From: an uncultured Gemmatimonadales bacterium
GTDB lineage: Bacteria > Gemmatimonadota > Gemmatimonadetes > Gemmatimonadales > GWC2-71-9
Direction of reading: 5' to 3'
Length of the DNA stretch: 64,000 nucleotides
NCBI GenBank assembly: GCA_963795085.1
Contig: CAWCFX010000006.1
Location: 608,001-672,000, forward strand
Each line of letters begins with the position of its first letter. Position 1 is the first letter of the stretch. Below the pieces are notes generated by a model, which saw only the letters and a list, made by a program, of their open reading frames with translations, ran no database searches and was not told the DNA's origin. Below, piece after piece: positions 27,989 through 36,554 of the stretch. The translations under genes and the position numbers were made by a program.

Positions 27989-28869
27989 CCGGTCGTGAGC
28001 GCTTTCGACCATTGAAACGCCGGGGCCCCGGCGCCATCGGCGCCGAACCGGCGGGCCACCGAAGTGAATGAGAAATCGTCCAGGAGCTGCTCCAGACGGG
28101 ACAAGGTGCGATGCAGGCCGGAATAATGGCGCAACCGGGAAACCAGGCCCACCGGAAGGCGGGGCTGCCCGGGATCCACTTCCCAGGGGTGGATGTAAAA
28201 CATGCCGCTGGTGCCGGCCGCGGTGAGGCGGCGGAATGCGGAACGGATCACCGGGTACGGGAACTGGCGGAAGTAGCCGCCGCCCGCGGCGGGGAGCCGC
28301 AGCCCGCCGAGGGTGAACGTGGCGAGCGGCAGTTCCAGCAAATTCCCGGCTGGCCGGGTGATATAGTGCGGGCTCGTTCCGGCGCCGGGGTATCCATACC
28401 CGGGCCGCCGGATGGGGAAGAGACTGGAGTCGTAGCCATAGCCCTCTTCCAGGAGGGCATCGAATGCCCACTCCAAGCCCGGCACGATGGAAAAGCTGGG
28501 GGCCCGGAACCCGAAGACCGGTTGCCCGCTCACGTCCTCGAGGATCGCCCGGGAGGAGCGGAGATCCTCGCGAAACTCTGCCGGCGAGAGCTCGGTTACC
28601 CGGCGGTGCCACCACCCGTGTGAGGCGATCTCGTGGCCGGCCGCCGCGATCCGGCGGACCACCCCGGGGCGGCGGTCCGCGACCCATCCCAGGGTAAAGA
28701 AGGTGCCGGTGACGTTTCGCCGCTCCAGCAGTTCGAGGATGATATCCACGTTGCGCTCGACCCGGGTGGTATAGCCGTCCCAGGTGGACCGGGGCACCCG
28801 GCCTTCGAACGCGTTGACCTGGAAATAATCCTCCACGTCAACCGTGAAGAGATGGGAGGGTGCGGTCAT
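27982..28869 (-). CDS. XrtA-system polysaccharide deacetylase
   Basis: FTVDVEDYFQV, TFFTLGWVA, HEIASHG, GFRAPSFS, YDSS, GGGYFR and YIHPWEVDP. Confidence 0.92.
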   Translation of the reverse strand: MTAPSHLFTVDVEDYFQVNAFEGRVPRSTWDGYTTRVERNVDIILELLERRNVTGTFFTLGWVADRRPGVVRRIAAAGHEIASHGWWHRRVTELSPAEFREDLRSSRAILEDVSGQPVFGFRAPSFSIVPGLEWAFDALLEEGYGYDSSLFPIRRPGYGYPGAGTSPHYITRPAGNLLELPLATFTLGGLRLPAAGGGYFRQFPYPVIRSAFRRLTAAGTSGMFYIHPWEVDPGQPRLPVGLVSRLRHYSGLHRTLSRLEQLLDDFSFTSVARRFGADGAGAPAFQWSKALTTGC

Positions 28870-28881
28870 GCGGCGGCGTGA

Positions 28882-28897
28882 TGCAACAGGGATGCCC
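28882..28897 (-). promoter_or_regulatory. Putative sigma54 promoter for the deacetylase-FemAB-DegT operon
   Basis: Minus strand GGGCATCCCTGTTGCA (GG-N10-GC, TTGCA -12 box), lying between a terminator and ATG 28869. Confidence 0.65.
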
Positions 28898-28955
28898 GGG
28901 CTCGAGTCAGGCGAAACTTAGGGGTGTGGGTCCGGGAGCCCAATACATGAACAGG

Positions 28956-28991
28956 AAAAAAGCCCCGGCCGCCAGTGGCGACCGGGGCTTT
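28956..28991 (-). terminator. Rho-independent terminator after the PEP-CTERM gene
   Basis: AAAGCCCCGG/CCGGGGCTTT stem with inner CGCCA/TGGCG and T6 on the minus strand. Confidence 0.9.
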
Positions 28992-29014
28992 CCCGAGAGA
29001 GACTGCGGTGAAGC

Positions 29015-29779
29015 TTACGACAGCTGGTTCTTGTTCTTCCGGCGGCGCATGAAGCCAGCGCCACCCATCCCGGCCAGGCCGGTCGCCAGGAGCGTCATGG
29101 TGACGGGTTCCGGGGTCACGGTCACGCAGGTCGCGGGACGGCCGGACGGGCTGGTATCGGTCCAGCACTCGGTCACTTCGTTGGTCACGCCGTCGTAGGC
29201 CCGGAAGCTGATGGCCGACTGGGACGGATCCCAGGACCCGCCGGTGATCTGGAAGTTGAACGTCACCCAGTTCGCGCTGTTGCCGAAATTGGCGTTACAG
29301 GGATTCTGGTAGAGGTTCGGGGGCGTACCCGGAAGCTGGCCGGAGGTGGCGCAACCGCTCGAGATGCCGCCGTTGTTCCGGCTGGTCGCCGCCCGGTAGT
29401 CCACCGCGAACGCGACGCTGCCGAAGTTCTTGAGGTTCCAGCCGGTCGGGTTGTCGGTGCCGCGCACCGGGCCCGAAACGGAAAGGGAGTTGGTCACCAC
29501 CTGGACGCCGGCCGGGATGTTGAAGAACCCGATGCCGTTGACGATGGAGCCGGCGTTGCTGCCAGCGGCCTGGCCGTAGGTGCCGGCCAGGTTGCCGGAC
29601 AGGTTCCAAACCTTCATGGTGACATTGCTGCCCACCACGGTGATCTCGACCGCCGCGCAGGTCTTGAAGGTATCGCCGCCGCAGAAGCGGTACGACTGGA
29701 ACCCGTTGGCCCACGCCGGCGTGGCGCTGACGAGCGCCAGGGCGCCGACTGCACTAAGAACCGCTCCGAACTTTTTCAT
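29015..29779 (-). CDS. PEP-CTERM sorting-domain surface protein
   Basis: Signal peptide MKKFGAV...TPAWA. C-terminal VTPEP + TM helix + RRRK. Several paired Cys. GAGGGAG SD before ATG 29779. Confidence 0.93.
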   Translation of the reverse strand: MKKFGAVLSAVGALALVSATPAWANGFQSYRFCGGDTFKTCAAVEITVVGSNVTMKVWNLSGNLAGTYGQAAGSNAGSIVNGIGFFNIPAGVQVVTNSLSVSGPVRGTDNPTGWNLKNFGSVAFAVDYRAATSRNNGGISSGCATSGQLPGTPPNLYQNPCNANFGNSANWVTFNFQITGGSWDPSQSAISFRAYDGVTNEVTECWTDTSPSGRPATCVTVTPEPVTMTLLATGLAGMGGAGFMRRRKNKNQLS

Positions 29780-29814
29780 ATGAACTCCCTCTCGGGGTGA
29801 TTTAAGCCGTACTG

Positions 29815-30318
29815 TTAGGGACTTCTCAAACTCTTCAACGACACCACTGCGATCCAGGCCAACAACAGCGGGTAGGCCACCAGCTGAACGCTGGTCTTGC
29901 TGATCGCCCTGCGGATGCCCATCCGGGTGGTAGGATCGGTAACCGATCCGAGGGCCTCGCCTACCTGGGGCAGATACAGCGCGGCGCACACCAGCACCAG
30001 CACGATGACCAGGACCACTACCGCGAGCATCGTGCGAACCAGCCAGGTGCGGCCCCGCGCCAACCCCGACACCAGCAGCAGAATCAGGCCCAGCATCAGG
30101 ATCGGAAAACTATTGAGCGTGGCTGTGACAGTGCCGAACTTCCACTCCGCATTGCCAAAGTTTGGGGGGTACCAGGCCAGGAGAAGATCGAACCCTCCCA
30201 CCAGCACGAATACCAGCCCCAACCCGCCCAGCAGATACCAACCCAACTCCGGTGTCGGTTCGGCCCCCTTTTGCCGGGTCTTGGCCTCATCCCGAACCAG
30301 TATCCTCGGGGCGCTCAC
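29815..30318 (-). CDS. Four-TM membrane protein of unknown function (paralogue of 30530-31009)
   Basis: Hydrophobic helices, PPNFGNAEWKFGT motif, GAGGTGG SD before the GTG start. Confidence 0.8.
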   Translation of the reverse strand: MSAPRILVRDEAKTRQKGAEPTPELGWYLLGGLGLVFVLVGGFDLLLAWYPPNFGNAEWKFGTVTATLNSFPILMLGLILLLVSGLARGRTWLVRTMLAVVVLVIVLVLVCAALYLPQVGEALGSVTDPTTRMGIRRAISKTSVQLVAYPLLLAWIAVVSLKSLRSP

Positions 30319-30359
30319 TGCACCACCTCACCGTGTACTGCGGCCTCGCGCATCATCAT

Positions 30360-30375
30360 AGCACATCCCGGGCCA
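30360..30375 (-). promoter_or_regulatory. Putative sigma54 promoter for the membrane protein and PEP-CTERM gene, with IHF-like tract at 30374-30426
   Basis: Minus strand TGGCCCGGGATGTGCT (GG-N10-GC). The adjacent AT-rich tract has AAAGAAATTGATA and TAAATC-N13-GATTTA. Confidence 0.65.
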
Positions 30376-30472
30376 ATGGTTTGAAAGAAATTGATACAGT
30401 GTAAATCATTGTCAGTAAAAGATTTAAACGCCCTCAAAATCTGGTCATTTATCACAATCGGCTACTCCCTGT

Positions 30473-30490
30473 TGTGGCAACGCCGCAGCA
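30473..30490 (+). promoter_or_regulatory. Putative enhancer (UAS) motif, copy 2
   Basis: TGTGGCAACGCCGCAGCA, part of the imperfect palindrome TGTTGTGGC-AAC-GCCGCAGCA. Confidence 0.45.
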
Positions 30491-30529
30491 GAACCCCTCG
30501 GAAACAACGCCAGGGCTCCCAGAGTGGGT

Positions 30530-31009
30530 TTAAGAGCGGCGGCCGGCCCCGGCGTTCTTGAGCATGAATACGCCGAACCAGAGAAAGGCGATCGGATAGA
30601 TGGCCGACTGGATGGCCCCCTTCACCACGGCCTTCTTCATCCCGGTCTGCATAGGGCTCCCCGGGTTCATGCGCAGGGCCTGGGGAAGATTGGTGGAATA
30701 GAGGAAGGCTCCCGCCAGCACGAAGAGCGCGAGCAGCACGAAGACAATCCCCAGCACCCGGGCCAGGACCGTCATGGACCGGGTGACGGCGTAGGCGCCG
30801 AGGAAGCCCAGCCCCATGAGAAAGAGTGGCATGCTGTCCATCACGCTGCTGTAGGTGCCGAACTCCCATTCCGGACTCCCCAGCGCCATGGGAAAAATCT
30901 GGGTGACCAGTTCGGCGCCGCCGATCACGGCGAACATGACACCGGTGAGCCCGACGATGGTAAAAGGGTCCAGCATCCGCGCCTTAACCGCAGCTGTCGC
31001 AGCCGTCAT
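30530..31009 (-). CDS. Four-TM membrane protein of unknown function (paralogue of 29815-30318)
   Basis: FPMALGSPEWEFGT motif, same helix layout, GAGG SD. Confidence 0.8.
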   Translation of the reverse strand: MTAATAAVKARMLDPFTIVGLTGVMFAVIGGAELVTQIFPMALGSPEWEFGTYSSVMDSMPLFLMGLGFLGAYAVTRSMTVLARVLGIVFVLLALFVLAGAFLYSTNLPQALRMNPGSPMQTGMKKAVVKGAIQSAIYPIAFLWFGVFMLKNAGAGRRS

Positions 31010-31072
31010 ACCGGGCGTACCTCGTTGAGGGGTGGGGCAACGATAACGCGCTGCCCCCAGGGTGGAAAGCGC

Positions 31073-32074
31073 TCAGGTGATCGTGACATCGGCCTGGTTC
31101 CGCGGCTTGAGGACCCAGGTACCGGAGCCGGTGGGGACCAGGATGCCCTTGGCCTGGACCGACTTCCCGGGGAGGAACAGGGCCCGCTGGAAGAAAGCGT
31201 CGCCATCGAGCACCATCAGCACCGGCCCGCTCCCATCGTCCACGGTGAACTGGAAGTTGGTTCCCACTGTCGCCGTGTCCGACTGGATGATCGCCCCGGT
31301 GACCTCCACCAGCGCGGCGTCCTGCGCGGTGGTATCGGCGATCCGGGCCTGCTGGGTGGTGATCGGGGTCGCGGGGGGTCCGCTGAACGCGAGCCGGTAC
31401 ACGGTGACGACCGCGTTGTCGAGGACCGGCTGTCCCGCCCGGGCCGCCACCGTTCCGAGCACCCTGACGCTGTCACCCGCCTGGGTCGCCGGCCCGCCGT
31501 GCGAGGCGTTGGTGAGCCGGATGGCGACCCCGTTCTCGAGCACGAACCCAGTGGTGTCGCCGAAGACATTGAGGGGAGAGAGGATCATTCCCCTGACGAA
31601 GACCCGTTTTCCGGCGGCCGCCGTGCGGGCCTGGGCCACGGTCAGCGAGGGATATCCGAGCCGGACCGTGACCAGCTGCTGTTGCGCATTGCCGCTGAGA
31701 CGCACGGTAGCCGAATCAATGGCCTGGATCTCCATGGAGTCGGCCACCGTGTTGCTGTCCACTACGAAACGGTAGCTCCCGAAGGGCACGTTGCTGAAGG
31801 TCACATTGCCCAGGTCGTCGGTGAGCATGCTGAACATGGTGTCGGTGGTGCCGGCGACGACCAGTCCCAGCCGCACGCCGCCGAAGGCGGTGTCAGCGCC
31901 GCCCTGGGTGGGAGTCAGGTCGCCGTTCCGGTCCAGGTAGATGAATGCCGCGACGGTCCCGCTGCCCAGCGGCGCAAACCCGAGGTCCTCACCGGCATTG
32001 GTGCAGCCGGCCAGCAGCGCCATGAATCCAACAAGATACCGGCGCACCGGATGCGCCCGCCGAATGGTCGTCAT
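31073..32074 (-). CDS. Lipoprotein with SdrD-B/Cna-B-like N-terminal domain and probable OB-fold C-terminal region
   Basis: Lipobox LAGC. YLDRNGD...TDDLGNVTFSNVPFGSY, VDDGSG and C-terminal LKPRNQADV. ATG overlaps the receptor TAA. Confidence 0.75.
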   Translation of the reverse strand: MTTIRRAHPVRRYLVGFMALLAGCTNAGEDLGFAPLGSGTVAAFIYLDRNGDLTPTQGGADTAFGGVRLGLVVAGTTDTMFSMLTDDLGNVTFSNVPFGSYRFVVDSNTVADSMEIQAIDSATVRLSGNAQQQLVTVRLGYPSLTVAQARTAAAGKRVFVRGMILSPLNVFGDTTGFVLENGVAIRLTNASHGGPATQAGDSVRVLGTVAARAGQPVLDNAVVTVYRLAFSGPPATPITTQQARIADTTAQDAALVEVTGAIIQSDTATVGTNFQFTVDDGSGPVLMVLDGDAFFQRALFLPGKSVQAKGILVPTGSGTWVLKPRNQADVTIT

Positions 32075-35000
32075 TAGTAGTCCACCTTGAGTCCGAGTCT
32101 CACGATCCGGGGTTCGCCCCGGCGTGCCAGCAGGGTTCCGAAACCGGGATTGGCCACCAGCGGAACCGTCACATTGCCTCCCACCGAGGTCAGCGGTTGC
32201 GCCGGGTCCACCAGGTACACGGCCCGGTCCACGATCCCGGTCTCGCTGGAGACGACGTTGAACGCATCCACCATGATCCGCAGTTGGCTGCCCATCACCC
32301 GGAAGGGCAGCCGGACGCCCAGCCGTACGTCGAGCCCGTGCACCCCGCCTTCCCGGCAGCTGTTGCGCTCGACGAATTCGCCGGCCTGGCTGGCCAGGCA
32401 GCCGTGGCCGGAAAGCAGGTCCGAAGTACCGGCGATGGCGTTGTCGATGAAGGCCGGGTCGTTCTCGCCCGATCCATCGCCGTTCATGTCCACGCCCGAC
32501 CGGAAGCCCGGGGTAAAGGCCAGCCCCGACCGGTACCGGTAGCGCACCCCGAGCTCCAGCCCCTGCCGCCCCGGAAAACTGTAGGTCGAAAGCACCGCGA
32601 GTCGGTGAGGAATGTCCAGGTCGCTCCGCCCCTCGACCCATTCGCTGGAGGTCGGGTCCTCGGGGAACGGGCTCAGCTGGTCTGCCGGGTCGCCAGTCCG
32701 CCCCAGGACCCAGTTGTCGGTGGTCCGGCTGTAGGTGTAGGAGGCCCGGAACGACAACCCGCGCTCGGCCCGGCGCACGATGGCGGCCGTGACCCCGTAG
32801 TAATCGGAAAACCCGCTGGAGACGAGGCCGCTTACCAGGTCGAAGCCGCTGAAGCGCCGGTTGGACCCCGGGTCCGCCGTGATCAGGCCGCCCTGCTTCA
32901 CCAGCGTCCCGTAGATGGCGCGCCCCTCCTGGGTCTGGCCGGTGGCGGAAGGCAGCCGGTTCAGGTCCAGCCGGCGAGGCAGGTAGTCGGTATGGTGGTA
33001 GGAGCCGGAGACCTCCACCGCGAGACCGCCGCCGAACGCGTGACTGAGGGCCAGGTCCCACTTGGCGGTACGGGGATCCTGGTACTCGTCGTCGAATATC
33101 GTCAGGCGGGGACCCACCACCGGGGCTTCGGTGCTGTCCGGTGCCACCGGCCAGTTGATGAAGGTGCCGGTGCCCCGGCGGACCACCGCGTCGCCGTCGA
33201 AGAGGGTCGCCTCGCTGAAGAGGCCCAGGTCCATGCGGCCGTAGTAGAGTCCGCCGCCGCCCCGGAGCACCCATTCTCCCCGGTTCTGAACATCCCAGGA
33301 GAATCCCACCCGCGGCGCGAAATTGTTGCCGTCTTTGGGACTGGTCTCGTACCGCAGGCCTGACGTGGTCACCCAGGTGTCGTTCAGCTCGATCTTGTTG
33401 GCGGGCAGGCCCTGCTTGTCATAGCGGACGCCGAGCTGGAGCTGGAACGCCGGGCTCACGGACCACAGGTCCTGGACGAAGGCCTCGAGGTTGCTGGCCG
33501 AAATATCCGCGGCCCCCGGCGAGATCACCTGGAAAAACGTCCCCTCGGCATCGGCAAAACCGTCGAGGTCGCCGAAGCGGTATATCCCCCGGCGTCCGTA
33601 GGCGTAGTCCTGGTTCCACTTGTTGAAAGAAAGCCCCACCCCGACCTTGATCCGGTGGCTCCGGCGGGCGAACTGCAGGGTGTTATTGATATCGAAGGCC
33701 CGCTGGTCGAACTCGGCCGGGCCGGCATCGTCCGACCCGATCGCCGCTCCCTCGCTCACCAGGAAGGTGGTGGGGATCAGGCTGGTCGTCCAATCCCGCT
33801 TGCTGAGCCGCACCCCGAGCCGGAATTCGTTGGCGGTCTGCGTCCAGGACGAGTTAAGCCCGATGGCGCCGCTGATGTCCCGGGCATCCAGCATGGTGCC
33901 GGCGCCGGACAGAATGGAGTGGCCCAGTTGGGCGTCTTTCTCATTCCACTTCGCGACCCCCACCCTGGCGAAGAGGCCGAGGCTACTCGAAAGCCTCCAG
34001 TCCACCCGGCCGAACCCGTTGAAGCCGCGCCAGGTGCGGACGGTCGGCGTGATGAACGGGCTGACGTCGGCGCCGAAGGAATCAGCGGCGATGACCGGCA
34101 GCGCCTCCCGGAGCGATACGGGACCACCGTCGAACAACGCGGAATCCCGCTCCCAGGGATTGGCGGTGGGCCGTTCCAGGGACTGGTAGTTGAAGCCGAG
34201 GACGAACTGCGCCGTGTCCTTGACCAGGGAACCGCTGAGGACGGCCCCCGCCTGGATCGAGTTGGCGGAGAGGTCGGCGGGGTTGTCTTCGCTCTTGCCG
34301 CCCAGACTGCTCCCGCTGTAGCTGAGATAGGGATTGAGTGAAAGCCTCGCCGAACCCACCCGGGAAGTCGCGGCAAGCAGGCTGCCAGGAACGCCATCCC
34401 ACTCGGAATCGAATCCGTTCTCCAGGGCAGTGACCCCGCTCAGCGAGTTCCGCGAGAAGAGCGGCGCCTCGGCCGGTTCGCCGGGGATCCCCGGATGGCG
34501 AAGCAGGTTCTGTTCGACCGCATCGACGTAGAGCCGGCTGAAGGCGGGGGGCAAACCGCCTCCGGCGATGCCGTACCCGATCCGTCCATCGCCAGGGTAG
34601 GCCACGCTGGAGAGGTCGCGGGACACGCCGGTGACATCCTGCTGGTAGTCGAAGTCCTGCAGGTGCCGGCCGGCGACCTCCTCGCCCACGTGGCGGCCCC
34701 GGGCCAGCGACGAGCGGGACTCGGCCGGCACATCCACGATGGTCTCCACCGGGGGAGGCTTCCGTTCCAGTGCGAAGGTGACCAGCGCTTCCTCGCCGGC
34801 GCGCACCTGGATACCGTTCTGCCGCACCGGCTGGTATCCGGCCTGTTCGGCGAGCACCGAATAGGAGCCCGGTATCACCAGGCCCAGGTTGAAGCCGCCG
34901 CGCCGGTCCGCCGTGAACGAGACCTGGTTCCCCGTGGCCTGGTTGGTGACCGTGACCCGGGCCCCGATGATCGCCGTGCCGTCAGCCGCTCGGATCTGGC

Positions 35001-35124
35001 CCCGCAGGGACCCGGACATGAGGCTCTGGGCGTGAAGCGGCCGGGCCACCATCGCCAGCCCCGCCACGCCGCACACCATGAGGAGATACCTGACTCGAGC
35101 GCTCACGCGTCCGAAGAGGGGCAT
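32074..35124 (-). CDS. TonB-dependent receptor (Oar-like) with N-terminal carboxypeptidase-regulatory-like domain
   Basis: Signal peptide, GARVTV...GSYSV..E.AGY, FVQDLW, LGVRYD, FAPRVGFSWD, ASYTYS, DIPHR and C-terminal RLGLKVDY. Confidence 0.9.
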   Translation of the reverse strand: MPLFGRVSARVRYLLMVCGVAGLAMVARPLHAQSLMSGSLRGQIRAADGTAIIGARVTVTNQATGNQVSFTADRRGGFNLGLVIPGSYSVLAEQAGYQPVRQNGIQVRAGEEALVTFALERKPPPVETIVDVPAESRSSLARGRHVGEEVAGRHLQDFDYQQDVTGVSRDLSSVAYPGDGRIGYGIAGGGLPPAFSRLYVDAVEQNLLRHPGIPGEPAEAPLFSRNSLSGVTALENGFDSEWDGVPGSLLAATSRVGSARLSLNPYLSYSGSSLGGKSEDNPADLSANSIQAGAVLSGSLVKDTAQFVLGFNYQSLERPTANPWERDSALFDGGPVSLREALPVIAADSFGADVSPFITPTVRTWRGFNGFGRVDWRLSSSLGLFARVGVAKWNEKDAQLGHSILSGAGTMLDARDISGAIGLNSSWTQTANEFRLGVRLSKRDWTTSLIPTTFLVSEGAAIGSDDAGPAEFDQRAFDINNTLQFARRSHRIKVGVGLSFNKWNQDYAYGRRGIYRFGDLDGFADAEGTFFQVISPGAADISASNLEAFVQDLWSVSPAFQLQLGVRYDKQGLPANKIELNDTWVTTSGLRYETSPKDGNNFAPRVGFSWDVQNRGEWVLRGGGGLYYGRMDLGLFSEATLFDGDAVVRRGTGTFINWPVAPDSTEAPVVGPRLTIFDDEYQDPRTAKWDLALSHAFGGGLAVEVSGSYHHTDYLPRRLDLNRLPSATGQTQEGRAIYGTLVKQGGLITADPGSNRRFSGFDLVSGLVSSGFSDYYGVTAAIVRRAERGLSFRASYTYSRTTDNWVLGRTGDPADQLSPFPEDPTSSEWVEGRSDLDIPHRLAVLSTYSFPGRQGLELGVRYRYRSGLAFTPGFRSGVDMNGDGSGENDPAFIDNAIAGTSDLLSGHGCLASQAGEFVERNSCREGGVHGLDVRLGVRLPFRVMGSQLRIMVDAFNVVSSETGIVDRAVYLVDPAQPLTSVGGNVTVPLVANPGFGTLLARRGEPRIVRLGLKVDY

Positions 35125-35178
35125 AGCCTTTCCAATCTGTGGAGGGGAAACCGAGCCACCATGTGGTGCCGGGGCCAG

Positions 35179-35194
35179 TGCAGTTAAGATGCCA
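35179..35194 (-). promoter_or_regulatory. Putative sigma54 promoter for the TonB-receptor operon
   Basis: Minus strand TGGCATCTTAACTGCA (GG-N10-GC), 55 nt upstream of ATG 35124. Confidence 0.7.
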
Positions 35195-35263
35195 CACAGC
35201 AATATAATCCGCCATTGTGGCTATTGGGTTTAGGCGGGCTACCGGAGGCTGAACGGGGCGACC

Positions 35264-35281
35264 TGTGGCATTGACTCAACA
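35264..35281 (+). promoter_or_regulatory. Putative enhancer (UAS) motif, copy 3
   Basis: TGTGGCATTGACTCAACA (TGT-N12-ACA), overlapping the start of the VanZ-like gene. Confidence 0.45.
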
Positions 35282-36491
35282 ACGCAAAGTGGGACTCCTC
35301 CTGGCGGCCTCCGGGTGGCTCTTCATCTTCTTGCTCACCCTGTATCCCACGCCGGATCAGATCGTTACCGCCGACGCCACCAGCGTGTGGTGCCTGGTCT
35401 GCGGTGACCTTGGCCTGGTGGACGTTACCCTCAACGTCCTCCTGTTTGTTCCGCTCGGGCTCGGACTCGGGCTGCTCGGCGTCTCCCGGTTCCGGGCCTT
35501 GCTGACGGTTGGCCTGACGACACTGACCGTCGAAGTCCTCCAGCTGAGCGTCGTGGCAGGCCGGGATGCGAGCCTGAGCGACCTGGTAACCAACTGCGCC
35601 GGCGGGACCGCCGGCTTGCTCCTCGGCCTCTATTGGCGGCGGCTGCTGCTGCTTCCTCCCCGCGCGGCACTCCTGCTGGGATGGACGGGCGCCGCGGCGT
35701 GGTTGCTGGTGCAGGCGTTTACCGGCTTTGCCCTGCAGCGAACCCTTCCCCGAAGCGTGTACTACGGCCAGTGGTCTCCCACCCTGGCGCAGTTCGATGT
35801 GTTCACTGGCCGGGTGGTCTCGGTGCGGCTGGATTCGATGCCGCTGCCGGGAAATCGCCTGGCAGCCAGCGACCGGGTGCGATCCGCGCTGCTTGCCCCG
35901 ACCAGCGTGCTGGAAGTCCGGGCGCTGGCCGGCCGGCCCACGCTGGAACTCGCCCCCATCTTCAGCATCTTCGACGACCGGCAGCGGGAAGTCGTGCTGG
36001 TGGGACAGGACGGCCGGGACCTGGTGTTCCGGGTGCGGACGCGGACGGGGCCGCTGGGGCTGCGCAGCCCGGCGCTCCGGCTGGCGGGCGCCCTCCCCGG
36101 AGAGCCCGGAGCGCGGCTGGAACTGCGGGCGCGCTACACGCCGGGCCACTACCAGCTGGAGGCCGAGATCGGCGAAACCGAGCATCGGCGGGAACTGGCG
36201 CTGAGCGCGAGCTGGGGGTGGACCTTTCTGCTGCCGTTCGACCATGCCTTCGGGGCGGAGATGCCCTGGCTGACGATGTTGTGGGTCGGCGGACTGCTGC
36301 TGCCGGTCGGGTACTACGCCGGCCGGGGGCGGATGCCGCCGCGGACCGCGACACTGGGCCTGCTGGTGATCCTGTCCGCCGGACTCGTGGTGATTCCGGC
36401 GCTGGCCCATCTCGCGCTGGTGCATCCGCTGGAGTGGATCGCTGGGGTCGTGGGTCCGGCGGCAGGGTTCCGGATGGGTAGAGCGCCGTGA
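35265..36491 (+). CDS. VanZ-family membrane protein with C-terminal extension
   Basis: CLVCG...DVTLNVLLFVPLG, VEVLQ and GRDASLSDLVTN. Confidence 0.8.
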   Translation: MALTQQRKVGLLLAASGWLFIFLLTLYPTPDQIVTADATSVWCLVCGDLGLVDVTLNVLLFVPLGLGLGLLGVSRFRALLTVGLTTLTVEVLQLSVVAGRDASLSDLVTNCAGGTAGLLLGLYWRRLLLLPPRAALLLGWTGAAAWLLVQAFTGFALQRTLPRSVYYGQWSPTLAQFDVFTGRVVSVRLDSMPLPGNRLAASDRVRSALLAPTSVLEVRALAGRPTLELAPIFSIFDDRQREVVLVGQDGRDLVFRVRTRTGPLGLRSPALRLAGALPGEPGARLELRARYTPGHYQLEAEIGETEHRRELALSASWGWTFLLPFDHAFGAEMPWLTMLWVGGLLLPVGYYAGRGRMPPRTATLGLLVILSAGLVVIPALAHLALVHPLEWIAGVVGPAAGFRMGRAP

Positions 36492-36554
36492 CACCCGCGC
36501 ACCATCGTGGCGGCCGCCTGTCCGCCCGATCCATTACCCCCTTAGCTTTACGCC

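Noticed and set aside
25764..28687. Extended ORFs 25764-28037 and 26963-28687 (likewise 31073-33274, 46238-49093, 51307-53532, 59104-60663) as fusion proteins
   Set aside because: The N-terminal extensions overlap real genes in other frames. Better starts sit at stop/start junctions or just before the first family motif.
35265..36491. Exosortase or glycopeptide-resistance gene
   Set aside because: It shows VanZ-like motifs only, with no recognisable exosortase catalytic motif and no van cluster.
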